Notes: generated from the sequence alone by a model not told the origin. A stretch of DNA of 63,852 nucleotides, filler included, from Reticulomyxa filosa (GCA_000512085.1; 18 parts of 18 records of this genome joined end to end with filler, not necessarily neighbours in it); one strand, 5' to 3'. Positions 13,391 through 27,285 are shown, counted from the first letter of the whole stretch. A program made the numbers and translations.

Positions 13391-14775
13391 NNNNNNNNNN
13401 NNNNNNNNNNNNNNNNNNNNNNNNNNNNNNNNNNTTAATTAATTAANNNNNNNNNNNNNNNNNNNNNNNNNNNNNNNNNNNNNNNNNNNNTGGCGTTGGA
13501 GCATGAGCACGCCATTCAATATTTATCTAATTGATGCCCAAGCCATTTCGAGCATGGTTGGCCGTTACAAATCAGCAATTCATAATTTAAGGCCACACTA
13601 CGGGCACAGCCACACTACGGCACATCAACATCAACAACCAGCCCAATCATCACAATCAAATCGTCAGCACAATCATCACAATCAAATCAACTCCAGTTCA
13701 TATTCATTTCAGTTAATTTCGTTATATTTTTCTTTCAATTAAAAAAATAAATAGAAAAAGGTACATATGTAGGAAAAAACTTTGGCAATAGCAATTCCAC
13801 ATATAAAAAAAAACATACAGCAGTCGATTGCCCAAAAGTTGTGAGTGGATGCCCTCAAGAATCTGAAGGCACATCGGCTGACAAGCCAAGTGTGGATGTG
13901 ACATTGTGTCCATACACACCAGTGCATCAGATGATGGGGCGTCCAAACGGCAAGTGTTGGAGTGGGCTCAGTAGTCTCACAAAATGGCATGCACGTGAAA
14001 AACGATAGTGCCTACGACTACGACGACAGTGCCTGCGACAACAAATAATGGTCAGTCAAGCAAACTTAACCAAGACAAGACTTTTGATATATACATAATA
14101 ATTTTTTTTGACATTATATATGTACATATTTTTTTATATAGCTTTACTTAAAAGATCAACAATGCATGATCGTGTTATTGTATGTGTTATATGTATATTG
14201 AAAAAAATATATAGGCAACAACGACAGCAATAATGATAAAAAATAAAGGGATAGAACCCACCACCGTCTCTGGAAGGAGTAAATATGGTTTGTATTTTTT
14301 ATATTATCTTTTTAAAAATATTAATATGTTGTATTTGTTGTGTATAGGAATCAAACGCAATCAAGAACAGTTATTTTTTTCCCCCTTCCAATCCACACAA
14401 AAAAAGAAATGGGGTTGAATGCCAACCCAGTATCCGAAAAAAATGACAAAGGTTTGTTATGATAATGTATAAACTGTCATTATTTTATCAAAATAATATG
14501 GTTGTGTGTATTTGCAATATAGGACTTCCCCCGATCACATAAAAAAATTTGTATATGTTTGTTTTTTTTATGTCACCACCCTACACAAATAAAAAAAGTT
14601 TTTAAGTGTGCAAAGGAAAAACGTTGAAATTGGAGATCGAACGCCGTTCATAGAGGTAATTGTATTATTTTGATGTTCTTAAAATATAAAATAATTTTGT
14701 TTGTGTTTTGTGTGATAGGTACCCAAGAAGATCCAAAGATATTGGTTTTGAAAATATTGAAAGTGGGGGAAGGGA

Positions 14776-14870
14776 AAAAAAGGATAAATAATTGGAAAAA
14801 AGGGAAAAAGGGATGGCAAGAAAAAAAGTATAAATAATTGGAAAAAAAGTGAAAAAGGGTGGTGAAAAAG
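14776..14870 (+). repeat. Two-copy ~46-bp purine-rich tandem repeat
   Basis: AAAAAAAG(G/T)ATAAATAATTGGAAAAAA(A)G(G/T)GAAAAAGGG(A)TGG occurs twice. Confidence 0.75.
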
Positions 14871-15237
14871 AAAATGAGAAAAAATATTTATTATGAAAGA
14901 AAAAAATAATGATGAAAAAAAATGAGAAAAAAATAAAGAAAAAAAAAAAAAAAAATTGTATCTTTTAAAAATTGGAGCTATGACTCCAAAAATTAATTGT
15001 GCCGGTGGGTGTCAGCAAGTGTTTAAGTAAAATAAATATTTATATTTTGTTTTTTCATATTTGATTTGTTTAAAATAAAAAAATAGTACTGGAAACGACA
15101 GCAGCAGCGAACAGTAATCAACAAGTTCAAATATAAGAAAAATTGTCTCAAACTCAACATTCTTCTCATTTTCATACTGTCATTGTGTATTTCTCTATTT
15201 TTTTTTTTTGACAAGATGTATTGTTTTACTATATACA

Positions 15238-18200
15238 GACTTGGCGATCTAGCCGAAACAGTATGCGTTTTGGATGGTAAAGTGTATTATCGCGATGGCT
15301 GCCTTGCAATGCAGTCAAAAGTAAACTTTAGTTGTGGATCTGGTTTCGATAGATCATGGGCAACAACTGCTTATTGTGTTATCTTCAAGTTGAACTCGCA
15401 TCAAACGTCCAGACCAACTTTTATCGCGCGCCATATTCTGATGTGGATTGGATTGTCATTCGTGCTCGGGCTCACATGCCTATTCGAAAATTTTTTTATG
15501 GAAACGCTTACATTATCATCATGTATGCGTTGATCAAAGCAAATTGTCGTGCCTGATCTTTCGCGAAAAAAGTATATGTTATAAGTCTATAACGTACATT
15601 TCTTTCGCTTTATCGTGTTGCTTGCCAAGCACATACGTCCATGCAATGAAAGGCAGCAAAAAATTTTGAATTTGGTTTTTAATTTTGCTCTACTAGATCA
15701 TCCATCACAGTCAAGCAAGGTTTATTGCACACGGAATATCCTGTATATCGTTGCGACTATTCCTCAGGCACCAATTGTGTCAACCCATCCGCCTTTGCGT
15801 TTCATGACAAGACTCCTAAATTTGATGCCAACACAAGTCCAAATAGTACATCCCCCAATATATTCTCAATAACACATTATACAATGTCTTTCTATGACTT
15901 TGCACTAGAGTTTCGAAGACGATACGTACAAGTTATCGATAAAGTTGTCTTGGATAGTGCTCCCATCGTGTTTTTCAGGATTGTGCGGGTTATATCTCGA
16001 CTGCGGATAAATTATAGTGACAATGAAGACATAGGCGTGCGCTGTCGTACAAGGTGGCTTTAAATGCCGAATACGAAACGCAATGGGATTGTAACAAAGA
16101 TCATCGACTACAACAAGAACAAAGACGAAGCAATTGCGGATTGAAGTGTGTATGTATTTGGACATAGTTGTTAACACACAGTACGTAGTGTTGCAGCAAT
16201 AATTATATTGCAAATATCAGTCGGCATTGTGAATTGCACAGAGTTTTGGAAATGAATTGCGCCGGGAGATGGTGGCGGTGTGTGTTACTATTTGTCAATA
16301 TTTACATCGAATTGGGCAAAGGGTGTAAAATTTATCTGTTGTTATAATACACATGATTTGCATGTGGACATATCCATTGGATGGAAAATGTCAATTATTC
16401 GGTTGCAGATATAGAACGACGCAATGTCTGGATATTAAACATCCATGCATATGTCGTGTGGCGAGTGGGCTTGAATAATATTGTGAGCAAAGTTTTGGAC
16501 TTGATTGTAATTCTGTCACGTGTTGGAGAACTTGCTCACAATAATTTCCTATTTTCAATACTGGATCCTTCTCGTAAAGACATTGGCATTTTATTCGATT
16601 CAGGATACTGAAGGTATTTCAAAATGAATTGTTGGAAAGAATTGCGTGACGCAAGGAATTGGATGTCACACTTTCGCATTTTCGCTATATGCACTTAATT
16701 CAACTGTTGTTCCATTTCCATTCCCATTCAACCCCCTTTTTGCTGACGCCAACACTTACGCGAGTTGTAAGCTCTATCACGTACAGACGTGTCAAGAGCA
16801 TACACTTATACGACATTGTCCAAAAGTTTGGCCTTACCTATTACTCGAACGCCAGTCCGACTCGTGCAAGCAAGCAAGCAAGCATTGTCAAAACGTCAAT
16901 CAAGATCGAGCACGTATACAAAAAAAAGAGTAGCACGCAATCAAACCAATACACCAATCGGTATTTGTAATCCGGTGTTTGAATTGTCGCAGCCTCTGGA
17001 TGTGTTTGCACATTTGAATGCTGCATCGAATGCGTCGTACCAAGATAAAAGTTGATAATCGCTGTCACATATGGAGGGGGGCGGGGGAGGGAGAGAGAGG
17101 CAAACAAGCAATCATCCACACAACGATACAAAGCTCTTCTTTAGATGGCGATATTGGATATGTGGAAGTTGAAGTCCAAAATACAATCTTTACGTTGTAT
17201 CGCAAATATGGCCGAAACGACGACGACAATTGTAGTCAATGGATCCATATTTCCCATACAACACGGTACAATACGCACAAACGATACATTTAAACAAATG
17301 ATGGAGCAGTGTGCTATGACAACACAACTCACAAAACCCATATATCGACTAGAGTTGATCCACAAGCGCAACGGAGGGTAAGTCGCAGTTATTGTTGATC
17401 TGTTCGAAAAAGCAAGTGATGCGTTATGGGTTGTATCATTTGGACAACAAAAACAGAACACAGCAATCCAAAAAGTTTTATCCAGATAAAGTGAAAGGTT
17501 TATCGATTGAAAAACAATTTGTCCAAAGCATATCAGTATAATATGTCCACAAACTATGCAAGATTTGAATGTTATAGTGAAAAAGTATTGAACGCGATCA
17601 ACCAACAACTTTTATAGCATGATTTCCAATTCGTCCATATCGTTGCTATCGTTGCCGTTGGAACGTTTGGAAAACTGTTTGGGGATATAATTGCATGTGA
17701 TGACGTCCGGTAAACTAATCAATCGGGGATCAGGCTCTTTCAACAAATTGGCAAATTGGTGTATCATGAGCAAGTTACAATGTCTTTGGCATTTACACTG
17801 AAAATGACAAGGGGACAATATGAATCCATGTCTCTCGACAGCAGCATGTATTGCAATTTCATCTCAATAGTGGATTGCTTTGTGGTAAATTTGCAAATCA
17901 ATCCATACAATTTTGAATAGCAACGAGAAGACAAAAACTTTACCCCCCGAACTTTGATGAATATCTTTTAGCAATTGCTATATGGAATAATGGAGATATT
18001 CGAGTGGATGCATATTCCACAGAAAACTTTCCTCGTGGCTTGCAATCTTGCCATTATTCAAGCCCAAACAGAGAACGGATTTATGCTCTCCCATACACAA
18101 CATCAAACAATGGAAGCAAAAAAAAAAAAAAACATGGACAACGACAATAAATAAGAAAGATTAATCAAGAATTGAAGGATGAAGGTCCATGTGATTATAT

Positions 18201-18933
18201 GTTGTTTGTGTCATATTTTTAGTTGTTGAAATATACCTTCATCAAAATAATGTGAACATGTGAAATGTTTTGCTTTAGATTTGAATGGAAAGAGCAAAAG
18301 CAAAAATTAGATCGATAGTAGCAGTATGGCAAGTGGCAATGTATTGTATTAAAGGGAAACAACGATGCAATGTATCGATCAAAGAAGTACGGACATATCA
18401 CGAGAAGCAATGTGAATGAAGATGATCGACACAACAAATCTATTAGTGATGCACATTTTTGCCAAGACTATGCATGTGCTATCAAAATCGATCAAAAGCA
18501 AGCTTTCTCAAAGTCTTGAAGTTAAAATGTTTATTATTGTTGTCTTTTTTTTTATAAGCAATTTAAATTAATTTATTGTGTTTTCTCTGAACCACAAGAA
18601 CTGGAATATGCTGAGACCACAAACAGTGCAGATGATGGTAAGCCAGGCGATGAAGCCACAAGTGAAGACAAAGAACGTGTACAAAAATATTATTGCTGCC
18701 TTGTCTGAACACAGTCAAAATATAGAACATATGGCACTCGATCATTAAGTGCTTTAACAAACGAAAAAATGAAACTACTCGTTGGAAACCAAAGGCTTTG
18801 AGACATTGTATTTAATATTAGAAGCTTGTGCAGATGCAACAATAGAAACGAAGTCGCAAGAAGCTGAAAATGAATCACTTTTTAAAGAAATATTATTGTA
18901 TCAATGGGACAGAACTATTTGAAAGCATTCACA
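15238..18933 (+). pseudogene. Long degenerate coding-like block of unknown family
   Basis: Visibly higher GC than the flanks. Overlapping protein-like fragments switch frames, e.g. VELASNVQTNFYRAPYSDVDWIVIR and FQFVHIVAIVAVGTFGKLFGDIIACDD...RLFQQIGKLVYHEQVTMSLAFTLKM, with frequent stops. Confidence 0.4.
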
Positions 18934-20213
18934 NNNNNNNNNNNNNNNNNNNNNNNNNNNNNNNNNNNNNNNNNNNNTTAATTAATTAANNNNNNNNNNN
19001 NNNNNNNNNNNNNNNNNNNNNNNNNNNNNNNNNATTTATTTCTTTTGGTTTTATTTTCCTTTGGTTTAATGATAAATGCACGAAACCAATTGTTGTTTTA
19101 TTGATTACTTTGTAAGACATTATAATTTTAGTACTATTCTTGTGTGCTTGGTTATGATGGTTTTTTTTTTCGTTTTTTTTCTCTTTTAAAATATCAATAA
19201 TACAACTTCTCTAAAAAAAAGAAACGTGCAATATCAAAACTATTTCTTGTGGGCTTGTACCACTCTTTTTAAATTTTTACAAAAAAAAGATGCAAGAAAA
19301 AAGAATATTGGTTAACCACTTCTTTGATTGGAATAAAATTAAGGTGATAAATTTCCCACCAAATTCACCAAATCTAAATCCAATAGAAAACCTTTGTGTG
19401 ATCATTAATGCATTAAAAAAAATAATCTTAATAAAGTAGCATAAAGGTGTACCATTTTTTTTTCAAACTACTTGTCTTAAAAAAAAAAGAAGCTTTTTCA
19501 TAGTGTTTTCATAATAAATATGCTCAGGTTATTTAATAATAAAGAAAAAATCAAAATATGTAGGTTGCAAAAAAACTGAAAACCTGAAGTGGCATCTTGC
19601 ATGAAAAACAAACATTTAAAGCTAATTTTTTTTTTCCTCTTAAAAAAAATATCTACAAGTCTTGTAATTTTTTAATAACTTATCCTGCCAAATAAAAAGA
19701 CATTCAAAAGAATAACAGAACAAATGAAAAGCAAGGTAATAATTTATACATGATTTATCCATTTGTTTATGAACATTATGATATAATCTCTTCAATTCAT
19801 TTAATATATTAATATTTTTTCATTTTTAAAACTACTTCTCTTCTTTTTTATTGTCTATGTATTTACATGTGATTAAATCACACAAATAATCATTCTTTAT
19901 CACTTCGTGCAATACTTCTGCAAATGTATTGTTTTTTGTCACTCTTATTATATCATGAATAAATTTAAGTAAAGATGAAAAAGAAAACCAACGAAAACTA
20001 AAAAAAAAAAGATTGAAATAATCTTTGCAAATTGGTTTATTTACTACCCATCAAAAAAAAATAATGGCATATGGTGAACCAAGGCGGTGCACGATGAACC
20101 AANNNNNNNNNNNNNNNNNNNNNNNNNNNNNNNNNNNNNNNNNNNNTTAATTAATTAANNNNNNNNNNNNNNNNNNNNNNNNNNNNNNNNNNNNNNNNNN
20201 NNAAAAAAAAAAA

Positions 20214-20245
<32 letters not shown>

Positions 20246-20252
20246 GTTGTAG

Positions 20253-21289
20253 CCTTTCACAGCAAAGAAGACAGCATATTGTATGGAAGCTGTTTTGATG
20301 CGAATGCAGGCATCTTTGAGTGTTTGTTAGGCACAGAAGACGCCGTGGTGACTGACAAGCTGAATCATGCATCGATAATTGATGGAATACGATTGAGCAA
20401 GGCCAAGCGCTATTTGTATGAGCATTTGGATATGAAAGATTTGGAAAACAAACTGAAAGAGGCCAAAAAAGATTGCCGACATCGATTGGTCGTCACCGAT
20501 GGCTGCTTCAGTATGGATGGAGACATTGCACCATTGAAAGATATTACCCAATTGTGTGATGAATACGACGCACTCTTAATGATTGATGAATGCCATGCCA
20601 CCGGGTTCTTAGGAAAAACTGGTCGTGGCACTGACGAATATTGGGGTGTTAAAGTCGATATTATCAATGGGTATGTTTATATTTATATGCGTCTGTTTTT
20701 TTTTTTTTTTTGGAGGGAGAGGAGAGAGTTGAACGGACTTTCAAAAAAAGTAAAATTTTTTAAAAATATATATTCATACACATATATATGTATGTATATG
20801 CTTATATAAAGAACGCTAGGAAAAGCATTGGGTGGTGCAACTGGCGGATATACCACTGGTCCCAAAGAAGTAGTGGATATGCTCCGCCAGAGAAGTCGTC
20901 CTTATTTGTTTAGCAATGCGGTCGCCCCTTCATTAATCACTGCCTCCATCAAAGTGTTTGATATGATTAGTAATGATACCTCTTTGAGAGACAAACTCGC
21001 TGCTAATACACATCGATTCCGCTCCAAAATGGCGGCAGCAGGGTTTCGTTTGATGGGACATCCTGATCATCCCATTGCTCCTGTCATGTTGGGCGATGCG
21101 AAGTTAGCGCAAATATTCGCTGAAGATATGCTCGCACATGGCATCTATGTCATTGGCTTTTCTTTTCCTGTTGTCCCGCAAGGAAAAGCAAGGATTCGTG
21201 TACAATTAAGTGCTGCTCATGAATTCGAACACATTGATAAAGCTGTGGCAGCTTTTGTAGAGGTTGCAAAAAAACACAAAGTTCTTTGA
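20253..21289 (+). CDS. GCAT: 2-amino-3-ketobutyrate CoA ligase (glycine C-acetyltransferase), 5'-partial
   Basis: SCFDANAG, DKLNHASIIDG, TDGCFSMDGD, IDECHATGF, and the PLP-lysine motif GTLGKALGGATGGY joined across a GT-AG intron 20671-20811. Also RQRSRPYLFS and ARIRVQLSAAH. Confidence 0.95.
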
Positions 21290-21802
21290 GTTAAAACATT
21301 ATTGATAATTGTCACATCCAAAATTCAAAGGACAAATTCAAACAACAAATAATCCCACCTATCCCTGATTAAGTGTGTCTTGTAAATGTTTTTTACTTGT
21401 TAAATTATTCTTCTAACTCGTCATTCTCACACTAATCTTATCATCAACCTACCCTATCTTGGATAATTGAAGTGTTGATGTTGCGAACATAATTGACATA
21501 CATTTTGCGAGTCACATCATTTACTACTATTCAGTCAGTGAAATCTGACTTAAATTTTATTTCAACTTATATCAATTTATGAATATAGAGTCTGTCGTTG
21601 TTTGGAATACATATGGCGTGCATGAAAGTAAAACTAATTTTTGTTTCATTTTAGAAGATTTTTTGCATCTGATTGTGTTTACATGCTATTATTTATGCAC
21701 TCAATGCATTTATTTTTCACAGTGTAATTTTTAAAGAAATACAAGTTTAGTAAGTCGATAACAGTTCCAGTGACATCAATTTTTCGTTTTTTAATTATTC
21801 TC

Positions 21803-23092
21803 TCATCCCCACAAACGAAATGTATTGTCAAGAGAAGCAGACAAAATTATATTTTCATCTGGCGATAAATCTATTCCAACCACCCAATCACTATGCCCTT
21901 GTAATTCATGTACCAATTGTCCTGATTTTACATCCCAAACGCAAATTGTTTTGTCATCTGAACATGATACAATAGTTTGACCATCTGAAGAATATTGTGC
22001 ATCACGTACTCCATTGGAATGTCCTTTAATTTTTTTACTTCCTTTCCTAATTTAAAATCCCATATCCGAATTGTTTCGTCATAAGCACAGGACAAAACAT
22101 AGCAGTAATCAGGCGAGAATTGTGCCCGTTCTACAATACCTGTGTGTCCTTTCAGGGTACGAATTCTTACAGCTGATTTTGGATCCCATATTCCAACAGT
22201 TCCATCATAAGCAGATGATACAAGTATTTGGCTATCTGGTGAAAATTTTACATCACTGATCTCAGCCAAATGTCCTCTTAACCTTGTTATCTCTTTTCCA
22301 GAATTTGTGTCCCACAATCGAATTGTTTTATCCCATGAACATGATGCAATCGTAATATCATCCAATGAAAATCGAGCTTTCGTTACCCGACTCGAATGAC
22401 CCTTTATTACACATAATCCTTGTCCTGAATCTACATTCCATAATCGAATTGTGTCATCTCCTGATGACGATATAATCATATGGCCATTCAATGAATATTC
22501 GGCATTGCTAATCCATTTTGAATGACCACGAAATATTTGAAGTTCTTTTCCAGATGTTATATCCCATACACGAATTGTTTTGTCTTCTGAGCCTGTAACA
22601 ATTTTAGTGCCATCTGGTGAAAATCTTGCACTTGCAACACGATCTGAATGCCCTTTAAACGTTTTCAACATTTTAAAATACTTAGCCTGTTTTTGAGTTG
22701 ATCATTGTCACTTTTTCATCTTTTACATACAAAGTAATGTGTACTAAACATATTTTGCAATCATTTTATTGAAATCGTTGATCCAACCCATATCTATCGA
22801 TAAAGCTCGAGTCCAGTTTTCTAAAATTGAATTTGTTTCTTCTTCCCTCTATTTTATTTTTGTTTAACATAGCTGTAGTGTGCCACTTTTTTTGACATAA
22901 TGTTAAAGTTACTGAGTATATCGGCTCTGTTCCATCTTGAGAATAATTTCTTCCAATTGAAACTTCGGAATTCATTCCACCATGGATTTTACTTTTATAA
23001 GAATTAAGCGAATTGTCATTTGATGAACCGTTTTCACCAACAGTTTCATGACGAAATATCCCAGATTCAATTACAAAATACTTCATCACCAA
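21803..23092 (-). CDS. WD40-repeat protein with 33-aa module exon; one frameshift (homopolymer error or pseudogene); 5' end uncertain
   Basis: Exons ...GTEPIYS | 22848-22750 (REEETNSILENWTRALSIDMGWINDFNKMIAKY) | 22686 onward GH...FSPDG..IV.GS.DKTIRVWD repeats. One A is missing near 22026 (KKLK-GHSNG). Ends FRLWG* at 21803. Confidence 0.8.
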
Positions 23093-23828
23093 CTTTCAAG
23101 TAGTCCAGCCACAAAACTTACAAACAAACGAATGTTACAAACATGTTTAAGGAGCAAACAACAAATATTACAGGATCTTTCAAAGTTTAAAGGAACTACA
23201 AGTTCTGGTACCAAACAAAAACAGAGCAAATTTAAACAGTAAAAATTCAGCAATGTGCACTTAGATACTACAAAATTTGTCAAATTACACAGTCTTGCAT
23301 TGATAGATGGTATTACAGCATGTTTAGAAAATAGTTTGGCATAAACTTCCATAAAATGTTTTTAAACATTTTTAAAGATGAAAGATATGCTTAAAAAAAA
23401 CATTGAATTGATTATCTTCATAAAGTAGCATTTTAAGTGTGCCATTTTTTGCAAACTGCTGTAGACATGTTTATATTGACTTGAAACAGCCTGTTTTATT
23501 GGTTTGTGAAATTTAGATAATTTATTTATTTGTAATTTTAGGTATTAATAATAAACATTTATAATGAAATAGTGGATCCATATTCACAGTCAATAGATTT
23601 CAAATAAAGGTATTTTTCTATCTAATTTCAGATCGCTCAAAGTCGATTAACACAAATCACAAGGTAAAAATCAGTTTTGAAATAACAATACAAAGAAATA
23701 AAGTTAGAGCAAAATCAAGCAATAGACAAAATATACATATCAGTATAATAATTTATTTCAAATAATTTTTATTTGATTGGTACCATTATTAAGTTTTACA
23801 AATGAAAATTCACTCTACTAATGTCAAT

Positions 23829-25213
23829 CTATCCCCAGAAACGAATTGGACCTTTTCCCGATCCATAGCACAAGCTATGACCACAATCACCAGCTGTGCT
23901 CATGTTGCTTTTGTTTTTCTTCATGTCCTTTCTGTTATTATTCGATGGCAAAAATTCCAAACAAGCAATTTCACCATCTTCTTTGTCACTTCCTTTGATT
24001 TCGTGTGCTTGTTTATTCGTTCGAACATCCCAAAATCGAATTGTATTATCTGCTGATCCAGAACAAAGTATATCTGTGCCAATCTCAAATCCATTATATT
24101 GCCATTGCTCTCAAAAGGTGAAAATTCAACACAGCGTGCAGAAGCGGTGTGTCCTTTGAATATATATGTTTGTTTCCCGGACCGAATATCCCACAAACGA
24201 ACAGTATTGTCATAAGATCCAGAGCAAATAGTATTGCCACCACCACTGGCACTGGTTTTGTGTCTTGAGTATTTTACAGTCCAAACAGCACTTTCATGTC
24301 CCCTAAAAACGGTCAATTCCTTGGCTGTTTCAACATCCCACAAACGAATTGTATTATCCCATGATCCAGAACAAAGTGTATATCCAGCACCACCAATGAT
24401 ACCAATACCTAAATTATTTTCCTTGCTAATACAATGATTATTACTTTGCAATGGTGAAAAATCTACAGACCAAACATGAGATATGTGTCCCTCAAAAATA
24501 TGCAGCATTTTGTATTTATTTACATTCCAAAGACGGATAGTTTTGTCATATGATCCAGAACATAAGTATTGACCACTATTAAATGATGAAAATTGTATGC
24601 CACAAACACCACCAGTATGTCCTTTCAAAACTTGAAGTTGCTTGTCTGATTTGAAATTCCAAAAACGAATGGTGTTATCAAATGATCCAGAACAAATCAC
24701 GGAATGACCGGTACAATGATGATATGGTGAAAACTTCACACAAAATACCGCACTTGAATGTTTATTAAATCTTTTCAATTGGCTGGCAGTCTCTACATCC
24801 CATACACGGACCGTGTTATCATGTGATCCAGAACCTAGAAAACGACCACCAGCAAATGGCCAGTAGTGGATACTCCATACAATATTTGAGTGCCCTGCAC
24901 AAGTTTGAAGTTGTTTAGCAGTACGAAACAAATCAAAAGTAGAATTAGAAGGCCGTGTATCATCGCATAAAGGGAAACATGCTGAAGAATATTTGTCACC
25001 ATTGGGATGCTCTTCTTTTTTTTCATCATTATTTTGATCGTTAGGCGATTTTTGTAATGCTTGGCAATATTCTGTTGATTTATCATCCTTTTGTTCCAAG
25101 AGACCAACTGATTTTTTTGGGGCTGTCTGTTCCTCTTTTTCAACACGGTTCACTTTTGTCACGTCCAAATCAGTATGAATTTTAGATGATTCTTGTTGAA
25201 AATTTCTTTGCAT
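23829..25213 (-). CDS. WD40-repeat protein (LCSGSxDNTIRxWD family) with a frameshift near 24098
   Basis: Six repeats lie in the 430-aa ORF. The other frame continues GTDILCSGSADNTIRFWD...LCYGSGKGPIRFWG* to 23829. Confidence 0.85.
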
Positions 25214-26889
25214 CTTGTCAATTCCAGCGCTTTTAAAAGTTATTGTGATTAATTGGTTAGTTGTGTTTTGAATTTTTTACATATTTACCATGGGCAACTT
25301 TATCACTTCCCTTTTTTGAACACAACATAATTCAACACATTTACTTTTCGAAATAAATAAAAACTACGAAAAGATTAACAGCTGTAGCAACCGAAGGATT
25401 CTGAATAGCAGTTGCATTTTATAAAAATTATACTTAACCATTGTTATTTCAGGTCTTCTTTACAATGACAAAACAAAATTTGACAAGAAAAATGTTTCAA
25501 ACTTAAATAATGACAGATTTTTAATATTTATGAATTATCTTGATAGTAATTCTTTAATTTTTTGATTTCTGTTGTTTTTTTTTCTATAATATATTTTGAA
25601 AATGTGTAAATCAAGTGCACTTTTCTATGTATGTTTAAATAACAAGTGTACAAATGAAAATATGCAGATCAATTATAAAAAACAAAATATACATATGAAA
25701 ACGCTATTTTTTTGAATTTGTTATATTATTGTCATTATATAATCAATAGATAGATTGTTTATACAATGTAAATAGAAAACACAAATGTTATAGTATAAAT
25801 CACATTGCATTAGTCATAATAGACTGTAGTACTCGTGATGCCGTAATAAGTAGTTCTCGCACTACAAGTGAACTTTGGAACCCTTTATTCTAACAACACA
25901 CTACTCACTTTCACGACTTGTCTTTCCTCTTTCACTTGTTGAATCTTGTTGTTTATTTTCTCTTTTATTTAAATCATTAATCTTTTGTTTTAAATTTGCT
26001 CAAAAGAGCGAAAACCTTTCGTATTACAGTTTGCGCACCTCTTTCAGCAGCAGGAAAACCCACATACTCAAATACTAAAGCGACCACAATGGCTAGAAAA
26101 ATAATTCCAGGAGCATTGAAGGTTTTAATAATTCAAATGACTTCTCGTAATCAAAAACACAAAGCACAGCTATTCAAACACTGAAATACAACGGTAACAA
26201 ATAAACCGTTAGCGTTACAACAAAAGCTAAAAAATTAACGTGTCTGTTGAACCTATGCCAACTATTCTTTAATTTGTTTCAATAACAAAAATGCTGTGGC
26301 TTTGATACTAGATTAAAATGACGGAGAGGCTGCAAAAAAAAAATACAAAAAATTTAAGTCAGGTTTAGCGCTATTCGACAATGTTGTAAATTGTTGAAAG
26401 AAAGATTCCTTACTGACAGAAGTGCTGAGAAGATATATATTCAGCTATTATTTGTATTTTTTCAAAGTTTTAGTTGATTTATTGAAATTATGAATAACTT
26501 TGACTGTGTTAAAACTATTTCCGCATAAATCAAAGCCCAAATACACTAAAATATTCTACAATTCAAATTTGAATATTTTATGCATAAGTTGTCAAAATCA
26601 GATATAATATATGTACAAACAATTTCCATTATTTTCGGAACGTTTTTTATTTAAAAAACTAATAGCCTGATCGCCGCGATTTTTAAGATATGTACGAATC
26701 AAAGTTTAAAAAAAATAAAATTTAGTTAAAGTTTTGGCCGTTGGAGAAAATTAAAGATAAATAACTTTTGGAGTTTCTAATTTTTGTTTGACAATCCTCA
26801 AAACACTAATGTTCTTACATGTTAAGCTTTAAAACAAAACAAGTAAATTAACAATAACAAAATACATCATTAAAGAAAAAATATTCAAT

Positions 26890-27285
26890 TCAACAATTAT
26901 CATGACATTTTTTGTTACGATCGAGGTGATTTTTAAATTTGTTCCAATAGGCCTCTGTTTGGAGCATTTTATCTCCTTCAGGGCCTCCATTGTATCTCCG
27001 AGCACATTTTTCGCAATCACTTAAAGACATGGAATTGGACCACTCTGATTTAGCGTGGCGGTTCAGCCAACCACTTACGCACTCCTTTGACTTGTCCAAA
27101 TCAAAAATATCTTTTTCAAAATTTCCAGAGACGCTGGAGTCAACCCAGTACTCATAGTGAATTTGGAAAGGCCCTTTCGTTTTTCCAAAACAGCCCTCGA
27201 TTTTATCCAATCGTCCACCTGTTTCAACTTGGTGTAACGCGTAAAAAAAATTGTCAAAGGAAAACTTTTGAGAATCTTGAGTCAT
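26890..27285 (-). CDS. i-type (destabilase-like) lysozyme, intronless, 131 aa
   Basis: ALHQVETGG (catalytic Glu), GPFQIHYEYWVD, CARRYNGGPEG and TEAYWNKF match the i-type motifs VES, GxFQIxxxYWxD, ARxHNGGPxG and TxxYWxKV. Confidence 0.85.
   Translation of the reverse strand: MTQDSQKFSFDNFFYALHQVETGGRLDKIEGCFGKTKGPFQIHYEYWVDSSVSGNFEKDIFDLDKSKECVSGWLNRHAKSEWSNSMSLSDCEKCARRYNGGPEGDKMLQTEAYWNKFKNHLDRNKKCHDNC

Noticed and set aside
20253-21289. Bacterial contaminant or recent HGT of kbl
   Set aside because: It has spliceosomal introns, and GCAT is a standard eukaryotic mitochondrial enzyme.
22010-24110. Programmed frameshifting in two WD40 genes
   Set aside because: Both are single-base losses in A-rich or AAT-repeat context without an evident stimulatory structure. 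Sequencing error or recent pseudogenisation is simpler.
25900-26260. Hydrophobic minus-strand fragments resembling a DMT/EamA transporter end
   Set aside because: Too degenerate (stops, shifts) to call without a search.
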